Source of the DNA: Squalus acanthias
Lineage: Eukaryota
NCBI GenBank assembly: GCA_030390025.1
Contig: CM059431.1
Span: forward strand, 152,398,001-152,462,000
DNA: 64,000 nt
Direction of reading: 5' to 3'
Below, in pieces: positions 37,347-50,049 of this stretch. Within the stretch, counting starts at the first letter, position 1, and every line of letters begins with the position of its first letter. A program made the translations under genes and the position numbers. The notes under the pieces were generated by a model. The model had not been told where the DNA came from and searched no databases. It saw only the letters and a program-made list of their open reading frames with translations.

Positions 37347-38200
37347 GGGGATGGAGCCTGGGCCTTTCCTGCTCGGTGTGAGATCAGCTAACTCAGCACA
37401 GCTGGGGATGGAGCCTGGGCCTTTCCTGCTCGGTGTGAGATCAGCCAACTCAGCACAGGCCGGGGATGGAGCCTGGGCCTTTCCTGCTCGGCGTGAGATC
37501 AGCCAACAGGCCGGGGATGGAGCCTGGGCCTTTCCTACTCGATGTGAGATCTGCTAACTCAGCACAGGCCGGGAATGGAGCCTGGGCCTTTCCTGCTCGG
37601 TGTGAGATCAGCTAACTCAGCACAGCTGGGGATGGAGCCTGGGCCTTTCCTGCTCGGTGTGAGATCAGCCAACTCAGCACAGGCCGGGGATGGAGCCTGG
37701 GCCTTTCCTGCTCGGCGTGAGATCAGCCAACAGGCCGGGGATGGAGCCTGGGCCTTTCCTACTCGATGTGAGATCTGCTAACTCAGCACAGGCCGGGAAT
37801 GGAGCCTGGGCCTTTCCTGCTCGGTGTGATATCAGCTAACTCAGCACAGGCCGGGGATGGAGCCTGGGCCTTTCCTGCTCGGTGTGAGATCAGCCTCAAA
37901 GCACAGGCCGCGGATGGATCCTGGGCCTTTCCTGCTCGGTGTGAGATCAGCCAACTCAGAACAGGCTGGGGATGGAGCCTGGGCCTTTCCTGCTCGGTGT
38001 GAGATCAGCCTCTCAGCACAGGCTGGGGATGGAGCCTGGGCCTTTCCTGCTCGGCGTGAGATCAGCTAACTCAGCACAGGCCGGGGATGAAGCCTGGGCC
38101 TTTCCTGCTCTGTGTGGGGGTCTCAATCCCACACTGGGTGAGATCAGCTCCCTCAATACAGGCCGGGGCTGGAGCCTGGGCCTTTCCTGCTCCGTGTGAC
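37347..38200 (+). repeat. About 57-58-bp minisatellite with a higher-order 4-unit duplication
   Basis: GGGGATGGAGCCTGGGCCTTTCCTGCTCGGTGTGAGATCAGCTAACTCAGCACAGGCC; ORFs 37351-37557 and 37575-37781 are identical (224-bp period). Confidence 0.95.
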
Positions 38201-38669
38201 ACAGTTGCTGGGTGGAAAACCCGGCTGAGGCCTAAGAGCTGCTGAAGGGAATCCCAACCCTCGTGTCGAGGACCGTCTGCATCTACAACCCAACAACACT
38301 CCGAGATCTCTGAGCTCCTCCAATTCTGGCCTGTTGTGCTTCCCCGATTTTAATCGCTCCACCATTGCTGGCCGTGCCTTCGGCTGCCTGGGCCTAAGCT
38401 CTGGAATTGCCTTCCTAAGCCTCTCCACCTCACTTTCCTCCTTTAATACGCTCCTTTAAACCTTCCTCTTTGATCAAGCTTTTGGTCACATGTCCTAATA
38501 TCTCCTTATGTGGCTCGGTGTCAAATTTTTTCTGACAATCGCTCCTGTGAAGCACCTTGGGACGTTTTACTTTGTTAGAGGTGCTATATAAATGCAAGTT
38601 GTTGTTGTTCTTGCACCCCTGGTCCACTCTAGCATTCGGGCCGGCCCTGATTTTCAACGACCAGTGTCT

Positions 38670-39255
38670 TCTTCTTCTTAGGCAGTCCCTCGGAACCGAG
38701 GATGACTTGCTTCCACATTTAAAATGAGTTGTCAGGTGACTGATGAGTCCAATGTGGGACCTACAGTCTCTGTCACAGGTGGGGCAGACGGTGGTTGAAG
38801 GGGTGGGTGGGTGGGGTGCTTGGGTTGACATGCGCCCCTTCTGTTATTTGCGCTTGTCTTCCGCTTGCTCCCGGCGAAGAGACTCCAGGTGTACGGCGCC
38901 TTCCCGGATGCTTCTCCTCCACTTTGTGTGGTCTTGGGCCAGGGATTCCCAGGTGTCGGTGGGGATGTTACACTTTTTCAAGGAGGCTTTGAGGGTGTCC
39001 TTGAAGCGTTTCCTCTGCCCACCTGGGGCTCTCTTGCCGTGTTGGAGCTCTGAGTAGAGCGCTTGTTTCGGGAGTCTCGTATCGGGCAGGTGAAAAATGT
39101 GACCCGTCCATCGGAGCTGATCGAGCGTGGTCAAAGCTTCGATGCTGGGGATGTTGGCCTGAGGGAGAACACTGACGTTGATGCGCCTATCCTGCCAATG
39201 CATTGGCAGGATCTTGCGGAGGCAGTGTTGGTGGCACCTCTCCAGTCTTTGAGGT
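38670..39255 (-). mobile_element. RTE-clade LINE 3' fragment
   Basis: QLRWTGHI..RLPKQALYSEL..GGQRKRFKDTLK; terminal C2H2-like CPTCDRDCRSHIGLISHL; (AGA)n tail. Confidence 0.88.
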
Positions 39256-40000
39256 GACCCAATATTGGCCGAGTGTCGTGGTTATGTTACTGGACTCGTA
39301 ATCCAGGGGCCTGGATCAATAATCCAGAGAATGTGAGTTCAAACCCCACAGTGGCAGTTCGAGAATCTGATTGCAGTTTAAAAATCTAGAAATCAAAATC
39401 ATGGGAGCAGTAAAAATGACCGTGAAGCTGTCAGATTGTTGCAAAAACCCAACTGCTTTATTAATCATAGAATTATAGAATGGTTACAGCACAGAAGGAG
39501 GCCATTCGGCCCGTCGAGCCCGTGCCGGCTCTCTGCAAGAGCACTTCAGCGAGTCCCACTCCCCCGCCCTTTCCCCGTAGCCCTGCAAATTTTTTGTCCC
39601 TTCAGGTTCCCTTTTGAAAGCCACGATTGAATCTGCCTCCACCACCCTTTCAGGCAGTGAATTCCAGATCCTAACCACTCACTGCGTAAAAAGGTTTTTC
39701 CTCATGTTACCTTTGGTTCTTCTGCCATTCATCTTAAATCTGTGTCCTCTGGTTCTCGACCCTTCTGCCAATGAGAACAGTTTCTCTCTATCAACTCTGT
39801 CCAGACACCTCATGATTTTGAACACCTCTATCAAATCTCCTCTCAACCTTCTCTGCTCCGTAGAGAACAACCCCAGTTCTCCAGTCTATCCACATAATTG
39901 AAGTCGCTGATCCCTGGAACCATTCTTGTAAATCTTTTCTGCGCCCTCTCTAAGGCCTTCACATCCTTCCTAAAGTGCGGTGCCCAGAATTAGACACAAT

Positions 40001-41762
40001 GGGCTCGATTTTGCCAGGCCCGAGGAGACTGGATTGGAGGCGTGTGAGGTGTTAAAATCGCAAAAAATGGTAGGCGGCGCCGATCCCGCCTCCAGCCCGC
40101 CTCCGAGCAACTTTCCCAGAATCAGGGTTTTAGACCCCGTTTCCATCCCGCCTATCCCGAGATAGGCCCCTAAGGCCCTTAACTACCGATTACGTGCCTC
40201 TATAATCCCATTTTGAGAGGCCTTTCTGAATTTAACACTTTTCCCCCGTCCTGCACGCCTCCTCTGGAACACGCCAGTTAATCCTGGCAGCCTCACAAGT
40301 GGATTGCTTACTAACAGCTGCAGCTCCACCATCAAAAACAGGTTTTCTGCAATCATCATTTGCAGGTGGCAGAACTTTGTTGTCTCAGGTCTGGGGGAAC
40401 TTTTAGCAGGCTTACTCATTGTTGTGGAAGTTTGGAGCCTGAGACCCATCTCCAGTGTGACCTCCTGGGAAACCCCTCTCCCCACCTTGACTGAGCGCTT
40501 CCTCAACTGCGGTATATACCAGAAGAATGGGAACCATTTATTTCCTTTCCTCCTGGACAGTGGGGAGGGGGGCTGTTGCTGGTCCTGTGGGGGAGTAAAG
40601 GAAAGAGGTAAACATGTGAGATAAACATTGCATGCACATTGAATTGTGCAGATGACCAGAAGTCAATCTGTTAGAGCATCAGAATCAATTCAGTCACTCA
40701 TGCAATGTCAATGAGAGAGATGAAAAACTATTCTGTCACCAGCTTGCTCTGATGCGCCCATCTGTCCGTCTCCCAATTGCGCATCCTCCTCCACTCCCAC
40801 GATCTCCAGGGCCACCTCCTCCGCAGTGGTGAGCTGGGCTATTGAGGGTGGCCCTCCTCCTGTCCTCGTCCTCTCCCTCTTATTGTGGGCTCTCTTTTCC
40901 GGCAATGAGGGACACAAGTGGAGTTTGAATGAGAATGAAGGAGTGAGTGTAGAGAATCCATAGCATAGATGCTTAGAAGGACATAAAGCTGGAGCGAGGT
41001 GCCAAGACCAAGGGCCCTCCCTGTGTGTTGTAAGTTGTTGTCATAGCATCACAGTGACAGGGAGTGTGAGGGCTGTATAGTCGAATAGTTAAGTGAATGT
41101 GAACATACAGAGAGAGGGACTGGGTAAGGGTGCAGGGATGTAAGGGTGAAGTGGGATGTAGTGAAGGAGGTTGACAAGGCAGCGTGCTGGTGATGAGAGG
41201 CGATGGGGATCAGATTGAGGGTCATGGGGATGGAATACTCACTTTTCCTGTGCGGAGAAGGTCATGAAACCTCTTTCGGCACTGCAGCCAGGTTCTGCTG
41301 CACATTGAAATCGCATTCACCTCCTGTGCCACTTGCAGCCACACAGCTTTGGTCTGTTGTGGAGGCTTTTTCCTCCCTGAGGAAGGAAAGAACACTTCCT
41401 TGTTTGCTCTTGCTCCATCTGCCAGAGCTTGGAGGGAGGCCTCATCGACTCTGGGTGCACACTTTGGACGGGTGCTGGACATAGTAGCAGCAGGAATCCC
41501 TCAGAAGTATGTTGATAAAGTTGTGAGGCTGAAAAAGAAGCAAGGCTGCTTGCAGGCCTTAAATCCAGCTGCATAGATGACGTCATCGGAGGCGAGTTTC
41601 TGTATGAAAAGGCTCATTGGGCCAGGGGTTCCCACACGCTGGAAATCAAGAGCCCAATTAGGGCGAAATCGCACTTTGTCCCTCCTCACATCGGAGGTGG
41701 GGTCCTGACACGCCGACCACCTGACACGCCCCAGCCCCGCCCACAATGACAAAATCCAGCCC
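40001..41762 (-). mobile_element. Non-autonomous PIF/Harbinger-type element, internally deleted, carrying Myb/SANT exons 1-2
   Basis: TIRs GGGCTCGATTTT / AAAATCCAGCCC; 3-bp AAT duplication inside a CR1. Exon 41243-41482 MSSTRPKCAPR..WLQVAQEVN..RTWLQCRKRFHDL; exon 40740-40899 EKRAHNKRERTRTGGGPP, with its acceptor mutated to CG. Confidence 0.88.
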
Positions 41763-42148
41763 AATACTCCAGTCGAGACCGAACCAGTGCTTTATAAAGA
41801 TTCATCATAACTTCCTTGCTTTTGTACTCGATGCCTCTATTCATGAAGCCCAGGATCCCATAAGCTTTTTTAACTGCTTTCTCAACCTGCCCTGCCACCT
41901 TCGACGATTTGTGCACAGATACCCCCAGCTCTCTACTGGAGTAAAGTTTACACTACTAGCCAGCAGGTCCTCCATGACAGCTTTAATACTTCTATCTACC
42001 TCTGTTAATGGTAGCTGGATGTCTGCTGTAGAGGTGATTAAATGTCTGTATTGCTGCTAAATCAATTCTTTGGTCTAACCAGAATCAAGATCACTTTCCT
42101 AATTGGTCACTTCTTTTCTTTTAAAATAAATTCTTGATAAAAGTATCC

Positions 42149-43145
42149 GGGGGAAAAATCGAGTCGTGCCCCCTTTGGGGCGCTAACTTTGCCGGGGCGC
42201 TACCCAGAAAGATTGGCGCCCCCGCGGCCGAAGTTGAGTGGTAGCGCCTCTTGGGGCGCTGCGAGGGAATATCACGGCGCTACGGGCACTGCGGCACATC
42301 GCGCCGCGGGATTGCAGGCCTTCCTCCCCTTCTTAAAGGGGAGGGGGCCTGGCGCAGCACAACCCGGGGCCCAGCTGGGCCACCAGGGATCAGAGTGCCG
42401 GCAAAAGAGCCCGGCACTCAAGAGAAGTGACGGGGCTCACGGAGCGCAGCCGGCACTCCGCGGGGGGCGGGTCAGGAGGCCGGGGACGGCAGCGGAGGCA
42501 GGTGTTGGCAGGCAAGTGTAGGATATTTTACACATGAAGAAAGCAGGCGTAAGACCCCCTTTTAATAAGGTAAGTAGTTAATTAAGTATTATTTTAAATT
42601 TTTTCAACAGGTTTATCTTTTTTAGAAACTTTAAAGAAAGGTAAGTTTATTTTTATAACTTTTAAAAAGAATTAAAAAATTTTTTAAATTTAATTTTTGT
42701 TTAAAGTGGTTAATTTATTTAACTATAGTTATTTTATTAATGTGATGGCTTTTAAAAAAAATTTAATTGAGGTTTAGCTGTTCTTTTGGGGGCTTGTTGT
42801 ATTCATAGCTTTGACAGTTCTCCTGTCAAAAGTATGAATGAAAGATGGTGTGCTGCCATTGGCTCTAACTGGCCCACGTGATCCCAGAGGTATCATCGCA
42901 CAAACTGCGCCTCAGGACACGCACACACTGCACGCCGGCAACAGGGAGAGGCGCAGGAACTGAAGTTCGTGTGGGCCCGAAACACAACGGCAGGCGCGGA
43001 GTGCGATAACGCGGGGGATCCTTACCCCCGCGGGAAACATCGATGTTTAATTTCTGGGCCAATATTTTTCTGTTTTTTAAAACTCTTATGCTGGTTAAAG
43101 CAAACCTTATGCGTGCTTTTACCAGGCGTACGAATTTCCCGGGCA
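42149..43145. mobile_element. Composite of MITE pieces
   Basis: Left part matches the end of the 33676 element; about 42520-43062 is an inverted homolog of 48748-49290. Confidence 0.7.
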
Positions 43146-43587
43146 TTCAGCGGGCGGAAGCTGGGCAAATAGCGCAACCGTCCCCCCACAGAAGCCCTTC
43201 TCCCGGGGATGTGGGGGATCTGCCTTCAAACAAATATTTTACTGGAGATATTAAAAGACACAAAAACAATTTGAATGATAAACTAAATCATGTTTGTGAC
43301 ATATGTCTTTTTATTATTTTGTTTAAACCCTGATTTTAGACATGAGAAAAAAGTTGACGTCCCAAATTTTTTCAGAAAGCAATTTGGGGGGAAAGAGGTA
43401 TTGAGAGCAAAAGAAAACAAAAGACTTGCATTTATATAGCGCCTTTCATGACTTCAGGACATCCCAAAGCACTTTACAGCCAATCAATTGCTTTGGAAAT
43501 GTAGTCACTGCTGTAATATAGGAAACGCTGCAGCCATTTTGCGCACAGCAAGCTCCCACAAACAGCAATGTGATAATGACCAAGTAT

Positions 43588-44195
43588 TGCCCCGCATTTT
43601 CCGATCGGAGGCTTCCTGCGTGCGGAGGCCTCCGATCTGGAAAAAATCTACGGACTTACCTGAGGGCTCCCGAGGTGCGTATACTTCCGTTCCTGGGCCT
43701 CTCCAACTCGAAATGCACAAGGCCCAGGTATCTGAGGGGTGCGTGCGGTTCGCAAGTATCCCTGGGATCACGTGGGCCATGGGGAGCCAATAGGAGAAGG
43801 GAATCTCCCTTCATAAACTTGACAGATAGACCTGTCAAACATATGAGTGGAGATCACCCCAAAACACTGTAAAACATGAAATCAATTTAACAAAAACCAT
43901 CACATTTTTAAAATGAGTTGAAATGACAATAAATTAAATATTTTAAACAATTTTTTTTACTTTTTTCAACTCTCATGCTGGTAAAAGCGGGTGGAGGTTC
44001 TGCAGAAAGCGGAACTCTCCACCCGCAGAGGCCCTTCTCCAGGGCAGGCGAGCGATCTGTCGAGAGGATTCTTGTCAGATCGGAAATGCCGGTTTTCAGC
44101 GCATGCGCTGTGCATGCCTGAAACGGGCATTTCCGATATCCCTACGGGTGAGTACACAGCGCGGACACACCCGTAGGGATCGTAAAATACGGCCC
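43588..44195. mobile_element. Related MITE truncating a Deu-SINE
   Basis: Ends CCCCGCATTTT / AAAATACGGCCC; shares GGGATCACGTG and GCCGGTTTTCAGCGCATGC blocks and a terminal hairpin with 48748-49494. Confidence 0.65.
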
Positions 44196-45358
44196 AAGTG
44201 ATGTTTCTTGAGCAACACCCTGTGGCTCGTTTGTGCAGTTACCGGCTGTTAAGTTAGGACCAGTTGCCATTCTAAATCTGAACAGAGGAATTTCTAACAG
44301 GAAGAAACAATTGATGCAGAAGTGCAAGAAAAAGATTGAGATCAGAATAAAGGTTCTATAGACCTGGTAGTGCCTTCGACATGCAAGTGAGATTTAAGCA
44401 AGCCTGTGAGGATAAGGTTGTGCGCTCCTTCCTCACCGGCCTACTCACTGCTTCTAAAAAAACAACGGCGTGTGTTGTTGCTGGTTGTGAGGAGGTGGCA
44501 CACAGGTGATAATATTAAAGGTCTCCTCTATGGATAGGACCTTGATCACACTCGCCGCTAGGTCAGAAGGTTGTGGGTTCAAACCCCACTCCAGAGACTT
44601 GAAGCCATAATCGAAGCTGATTCTGCCAGTGCCAGTACTGAGGGAGCGCAGCACTGTCGGAGAGGCAGTACTGAGGGAGCACTGCACTGTCGGAGGGGCA
44701 GTACTGAGGGAGCACTGCACTGTCGGAGGGGCAGTACTGAGGGAGTGCTGCACTGTCGGAGGGGCAGTACTGAGGGAGCGCTGCACTGTCGGAGGGACAG
44801 TACTGAGGAAACGCCGCACTGTCGGAGGGGCAGTACTGAGGGAGTGCTGCACTGTCGGAGAGGGCAGTACTGAGGGAGCGCAGCACTGTCGGAGGGGCAG
44901 TACTGAGGGAGCGCTGCACTGTCGGAGAGGCAGTACTGAGGGAGCGCTGCACTGTCGGAGGGACAGTACTGAGGGAGCGCTGCACTGTCGGAGGGACAGT
45001 ACTGAGGGGACGCCGCACTGTCGGAGGGGCAGTACTGAGGGAGTGCTGCACTGTCAGAGGGGCAGTACTGAGGGAGCACTGCACTGTCGGAGGGTCAGTA
45101 CTGAGGGAGCGCTGCACTGTCGGAGAGGCAGCACTGAGGGGGCGCTGCACTGTCGGAGGGGCAGTACTGAGGGACTGCTGCACTGTCAGGGGGCACTACT
45201 GAGGGAGCGCCGCCCTGTCGAAGGGGCAGTACCGAGGGAGCGCTGCACTGTCGGAGGGGCAGTACTGAGGGAGCGCTGCACTGTCGGAGAGGCAGAACTG
45301 AAGGAGCGCTGCACTGTCGGAGGGACAGTACTTAGGGAGTGCTGCATTGTCGGAGGGG

Positions 45359-45583
45359 CAGGAGGTTCTGATTCCACCTTACGAGGTGTTTCGAGTCGAA
45401 AATCAGAGCTCTTGGGAAGGTGGCAGCAACTTTCTTCTCAAGGGAATGAGGAAGCAGGGGACCGTGGTGAGGTTGGACAGGGACAAAGATGGGGAGCTGG
45501 TGGTGGTACGGTGTGAGGGGGCGATCATTTTGGCATTGGTTGGATTGTGGATTCTGGCGGCTCTGGCTCTCATCTCGGTGTAA
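45359..45583 (+). pseudogene. C-terminal fragment of an ecto-ADP-ribosyltransferase (ARTC family) with a hydrophobic GPI-signal-like tail; 5' part absent
   Basis: (Q)EVLIPPYEVFRV matches the ARTC catalytic E-x-E-VLIPPxExF motif; ends AIILALVGLWILAALALISV*. Preceded directly by minisatellite, with no acceptor tract and no upstream ART motifs. Confidence 0.75.
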
Positions 45584-45877
45584 AGTACAGTATTTGAATG
45601 TTCCTGCAGTTCTTGCCCTAACTTGACAGAAGAACCAGAGTTTACGCAGCGAGTTGTTGTGATCTGGAATGCACTGCCTGAAAGGGCGGTGGCAGCAGAT
45701 TTAATAGTAACTTTCAAAAGAGAATTAGCTAAATACTTGAAGGGGGAAATATACAGGGCTATGGGGAAAGAGCATGGGAGTGGAACTAATTGGAGAACTC
45801 TACCTAAGAGTCGGCACACGCACAGACACGATGGGCTGAATGGCCTCATTCTTTGCTGTATCATTCTACGATTCAAA

Positions 45878-46370
45878 CTCTCCACTTGTCTGGATGAGTG
45901 CAGCTCCAACAACATTCAAGAAGCTCAACACCATACAGGACAAACTAGATTATCCACCACCTTAAACAGTCACTGCCTCCACCACCGGCATACCGTGGCT
46001 GCAGTGTGTAACATCTACAAGATGCACTGCAGCAACTCGCCAAGGCTTCTTCGGCAGCACCTCCCAAACCCGCGACCTCTTCCACCTAGAAGGACAAGGG
46101 CAGCAGGTGCATGGGAACACCACCACCTCCAAGTTCTGCACCAAGTCACACACCATCCTGACTTGGAAATATATCTTCGTTCCTTCATCGTCGCTGGGTC
46201 AAAACCCTGGAATACGCTCGCTAACAGCGCTGTGGGAGTACCTTCACCACACGGACTGCAGTGGTTCAAGAAGGCGCCTCACCACCACCTTCTCGAGGGC
46301 AATTAGGGATGGGCAATAAATGCTGGCCTTGCCAGCGACGCCCACATCCCATAAATTAGTAAGAAAAAAC
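45878..46370 (+). mobile_element. Same non-LTR family, 3' fragment
   Basis: LHHRHTVAAVCNIYKMHC; shared 3' end. Confidence 0.85.
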
Positions 46371-47879
46371 TTCCATTCAAGGGAATGCAGGTAGAACGCT
46401 ACAGTCCATGCTTTTCCTGGGCTGGAAGCCCTTGATTCCTGACCGGGGTATAAGGAGTCTCCAAAATGTTCTCTTGTTCAATAATTATATTTGTGCAGCT
46501 TGATCATTGCAAAAAACAAGCCAAATATTAGTTCCGCCTCTACGTGTTCTGCCCGCTTATTCAAATTGTTCATTTTTGTAAAAGATTTGTGAACAAGTGT
46601 ACTGATAGATTTCATAGTTGATTGTTATGCATGAAATTATCTACAAACATAGTCCTCATAATATCCAACACGTGAATTCTAAATGTCAAAGTGTTTGTCC
46701 TCAGACCGAACACTTGTATTTGATTATCAGTGTAACGCTCATGTATGGACTGTACTGAAAGTTGTAAATTATATCGGACTGAAAATTTCAATTCATTATC
46801 ACCAAATTCCACAGTTGTACAGGTGAAACATTAGAGTAAAATAAAATGAACACAGGTTAAATTTATATCCAATAAACATGAATGATAAACAGTTGAACAA
46901 CAGTGTGTCATTTTTATGTTCTAACTATGTAACTGAATGAATCGGAAGGTAACAAAATTGCCCTCACTGTTGTAAAATTGTATTATATTCCCTTTCACAC
47001 TCGCTACTGAATCCTGATAGTGAAATTATTGGTGATTTGACACACAGGATGATATGGCCTGCCAACACTTTTGACTTTTCTATTACTCTTACTTTAGATG
47101 AGGGCTGGAAACTGTTTGGGCTGCAGGGCCACTTAACAAGTTTTGGTGAGCTGTTGAGGGCCACACACTAATGTTCCCCCTAAGAAAGAAAAGAAAGACT
47201 TGCATTTATATAGCGCCTTTCACAACCACTGGATGTCTCAAAGCGCTTTACAGTCAATTAAGTACTTTGGAAGTGTAGTCACTGCTGTAATGTGGGAAAC
47301 ACGGCAGCGAATCTGTGCACAGCAAGCTCCCACAAACAGCAATGTGATAATGACCAGATAATGTGTTTTTATTATGTTGATTGAGGGATAAATACTGGCC
47401 AGGACACCAGGGATAACTCCCCTGCTCTTCTTCTAAATAGTGCCCTGGGATCTTTGAAGTCCACCTGAGAGAGCAGATGGGGCCTCGGTTTAACCTCCGA
47501 CAGTGCAGCACTCTCTCAGCACTGCACTGGAGTGTCAGCCTAGCTTTATGTGCTCAAGTCACGACATGGACCCACAACCTTCTGACTCAGAGGCGAGTGT
47601 GCTACCCACTGAGCCACAGCTGACACTGCCAGTCGTGCACCAAACATGCGGTCCCGCCCAGGCCGCTCACCAGCTCCTGCCGCTGGAGAAGTTAATGTGC
47701 AAAATGTATTCGCTGCTGCTCAGAAATGAATCAAAGATAAAAGCTGAAAATGTTTTTCAATCTCCTTGCCTCTGTAAATCAGTGCTGTGAAATAGAACTG
47801 TACCCTAATTAGAGCCTGTGTCAGCATCAATTTTCCACTTCAGTCATCCTTATAGAGTCTTTGGGCTGGATTTTGATAC

Positions 47880-49768
47880 ATAAGAACATAAGAACGTTAG
47901 AAATAGGAGCAGGAGTAGACCAATCGGCCCCTCGAGCCTGCTCCGCCATTCAATGAGATCATGGCTGATCTGATCCAGCCTCAACTCTAAAGAACAAGAA
48001 GTAGGAGCAGGACCAGGCCACTCGGCCCCTGGGCCCGCTCCGCCACACAGAGGGCCTTGACCGATCTGAACTCAAACTCATGTCCAATTTCCAGCCCGCT
48101 CCCCGTAACCCCTGATTCCCTTTACTTCTAGGAAACTGTCTATTTCTGTTTTAAATGTATTTAATGAAGTAGCTTCCACAGCTTCCTGGGGTAGCAAATT
48201 CCACAGACCCACTACCCTCTGAGTGAAAAAGTTTCTCCTCATCTCAGTTTTGAAAGAGGAGCCCCTTATTCTAAGATTATGTCCCCTAGTTCTAGTTTCA
48301 CCCATCATTGGGAACATCCTCACCGCGTCCACCCGATCAAGCCCCTTCACAATCTTATATGTTTCAATAAGATCGCCTCTCATTCTTCTGAACTCCAATG
48401 AGTAGAGTCCCAATCTACTCAAGCTCTCCTCGTATGTCCACCCCCTCATCCCCGGAATTAACCGAGTGAACCTTCTTTGTACTGCCTCGAGAGCAAGTAT
48501 GTATTTTCTTAAGTATGGACACCAGAACTGTATGCAGTACTCCAGGTGCGGTCTCACCAATACCCTATACAACTGCAGCAATACCTCCCTGTTTTTATAT
48601 TCTATCCCCCTAGCAATAAAAGCCAACATTCCATTGGCTTTCTTGATCACCTGCTGCACCTGCATACTAACTTTTTGATTTTCTTGCACCAAGACCCCCA
48701 GATCCCTTTGTACTGCAGTACTTTCCAGTTTCTCGCCATTAAGTTAATGGCCCAAAAATTAGTGAGGGAGCCTTCGTGCGGGGGTAAGGCTTCCCCGCGA
48801 TATCTCACTGCGCGCCGGCTTTTTCATTCCCAGCTCGCACGAACTTGATGTTCTGGACAGCAGCTGTGCAGTGCTTCCGTATCCTACAGGCGCAGTTAAT
48901 TCGTGCGAGCGGTGGGATCACGTGATTCAGTTAGAGCCAATGGCAGCACACCATCTTTCATTCATAGTTTTCACTTAAGTGCTGTGAAAGCTATGAATTT
49001 ATACCCCCCAAAAAGAACAGCTAAACCTCAATTAAAAGTTTTTTTTAAAAACCATCACATTAATAAAATAAGTATAGTTATATAAATTAACCACTTTAAA
49101 CAAAAAATTAAATGTTTGAAAACATTTAAAATCTTTAAAAAAGTTATAAAAATAAACTTACCTTTCTTTAAAGTCTCTAAAAAATATATACCTGTTGAAA
49201 AAAATTCAAAATAATACTTAATTAACTACTTACCTTGTTAAAAGAGGGTCTTATGCCTCCTTTCTTTAGGTGCAAAATCTTCCATGCTTACCTGCGCATT
49301 CAAAGCACTAAGTGCACTGCGTGCGCGCAGCCTGTAGCGCGCACACGGTTCACTTAGGAACCGCCTCATTTTGAAATCACCAAGTGCCGGTTTTCAGCGC
49401 ATGCACAGTGCATGCAGAAAACCGGCAATTGGAGACAGAATACGCGAGAGTACACAGTGCGTACTCTCGCGTAGAGGCACTAATTTTTGGGCCATAAACT
49501 TGCTCTCTGATTTTTCCTGCCAAAGTGCATAACCTCACATTTTCCAATGTTGTATTGCATCTGCCAAATCTCTGCCCACTCACCCAGCCTGTCTATATCC
49601 CCTTGTAGGTTTTTTATGTCCTCCTCACTCTCTACTTTCCCTCCCATCTTTGTATCATCTGCAAACTTTGATATGTTACACTCGGTCCCCGTCCTCCAAA
49701 TCGTTAATATAGATTGTAAAGAGTTGGGGACCCAGCACCGACCCCTGCGGAACACCACTGGCTACTGG
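47880..49768 (-). mobile_element. CR1 LINE interrupted by a Harbinger MITE
   Basis: 204-aa ORF at 48078-48692; the FADD region resumes at 49495. Confidence 0.9.
48748..49494. mobile_element. Harbinger-type MITE
   Basis: Perfect 17-bp TIR TGGCCCAAAAATTAGTG, TAA on both flanks, internal hairpin 49441-49473. Confidence 0.9.
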
Positions 49769-50014
49769 GGTGGGTTGGGGTCGTGTCATCCGCATTTCAT
49801 TTTATCCACCCGACTGCAATTGGATGTGGGAGATTGATGCAATTTTCACCTAATTGGGCAATTGAGTTCCAGCATGTGCGAACCCATGAGCCAATTAGTG
49901 GTTTCAGTCTGAAAGTCGCCTCTGATGATGTCATCATTACTGTTGCATTGCAGGTCAGAGACTGCCTGGCCTTTGCTGTGAGAGGACCAGGATGCAAAAT
50001 GAGCAGCAGCTCTA

Positions 50015-50049
<35 letters not shown>

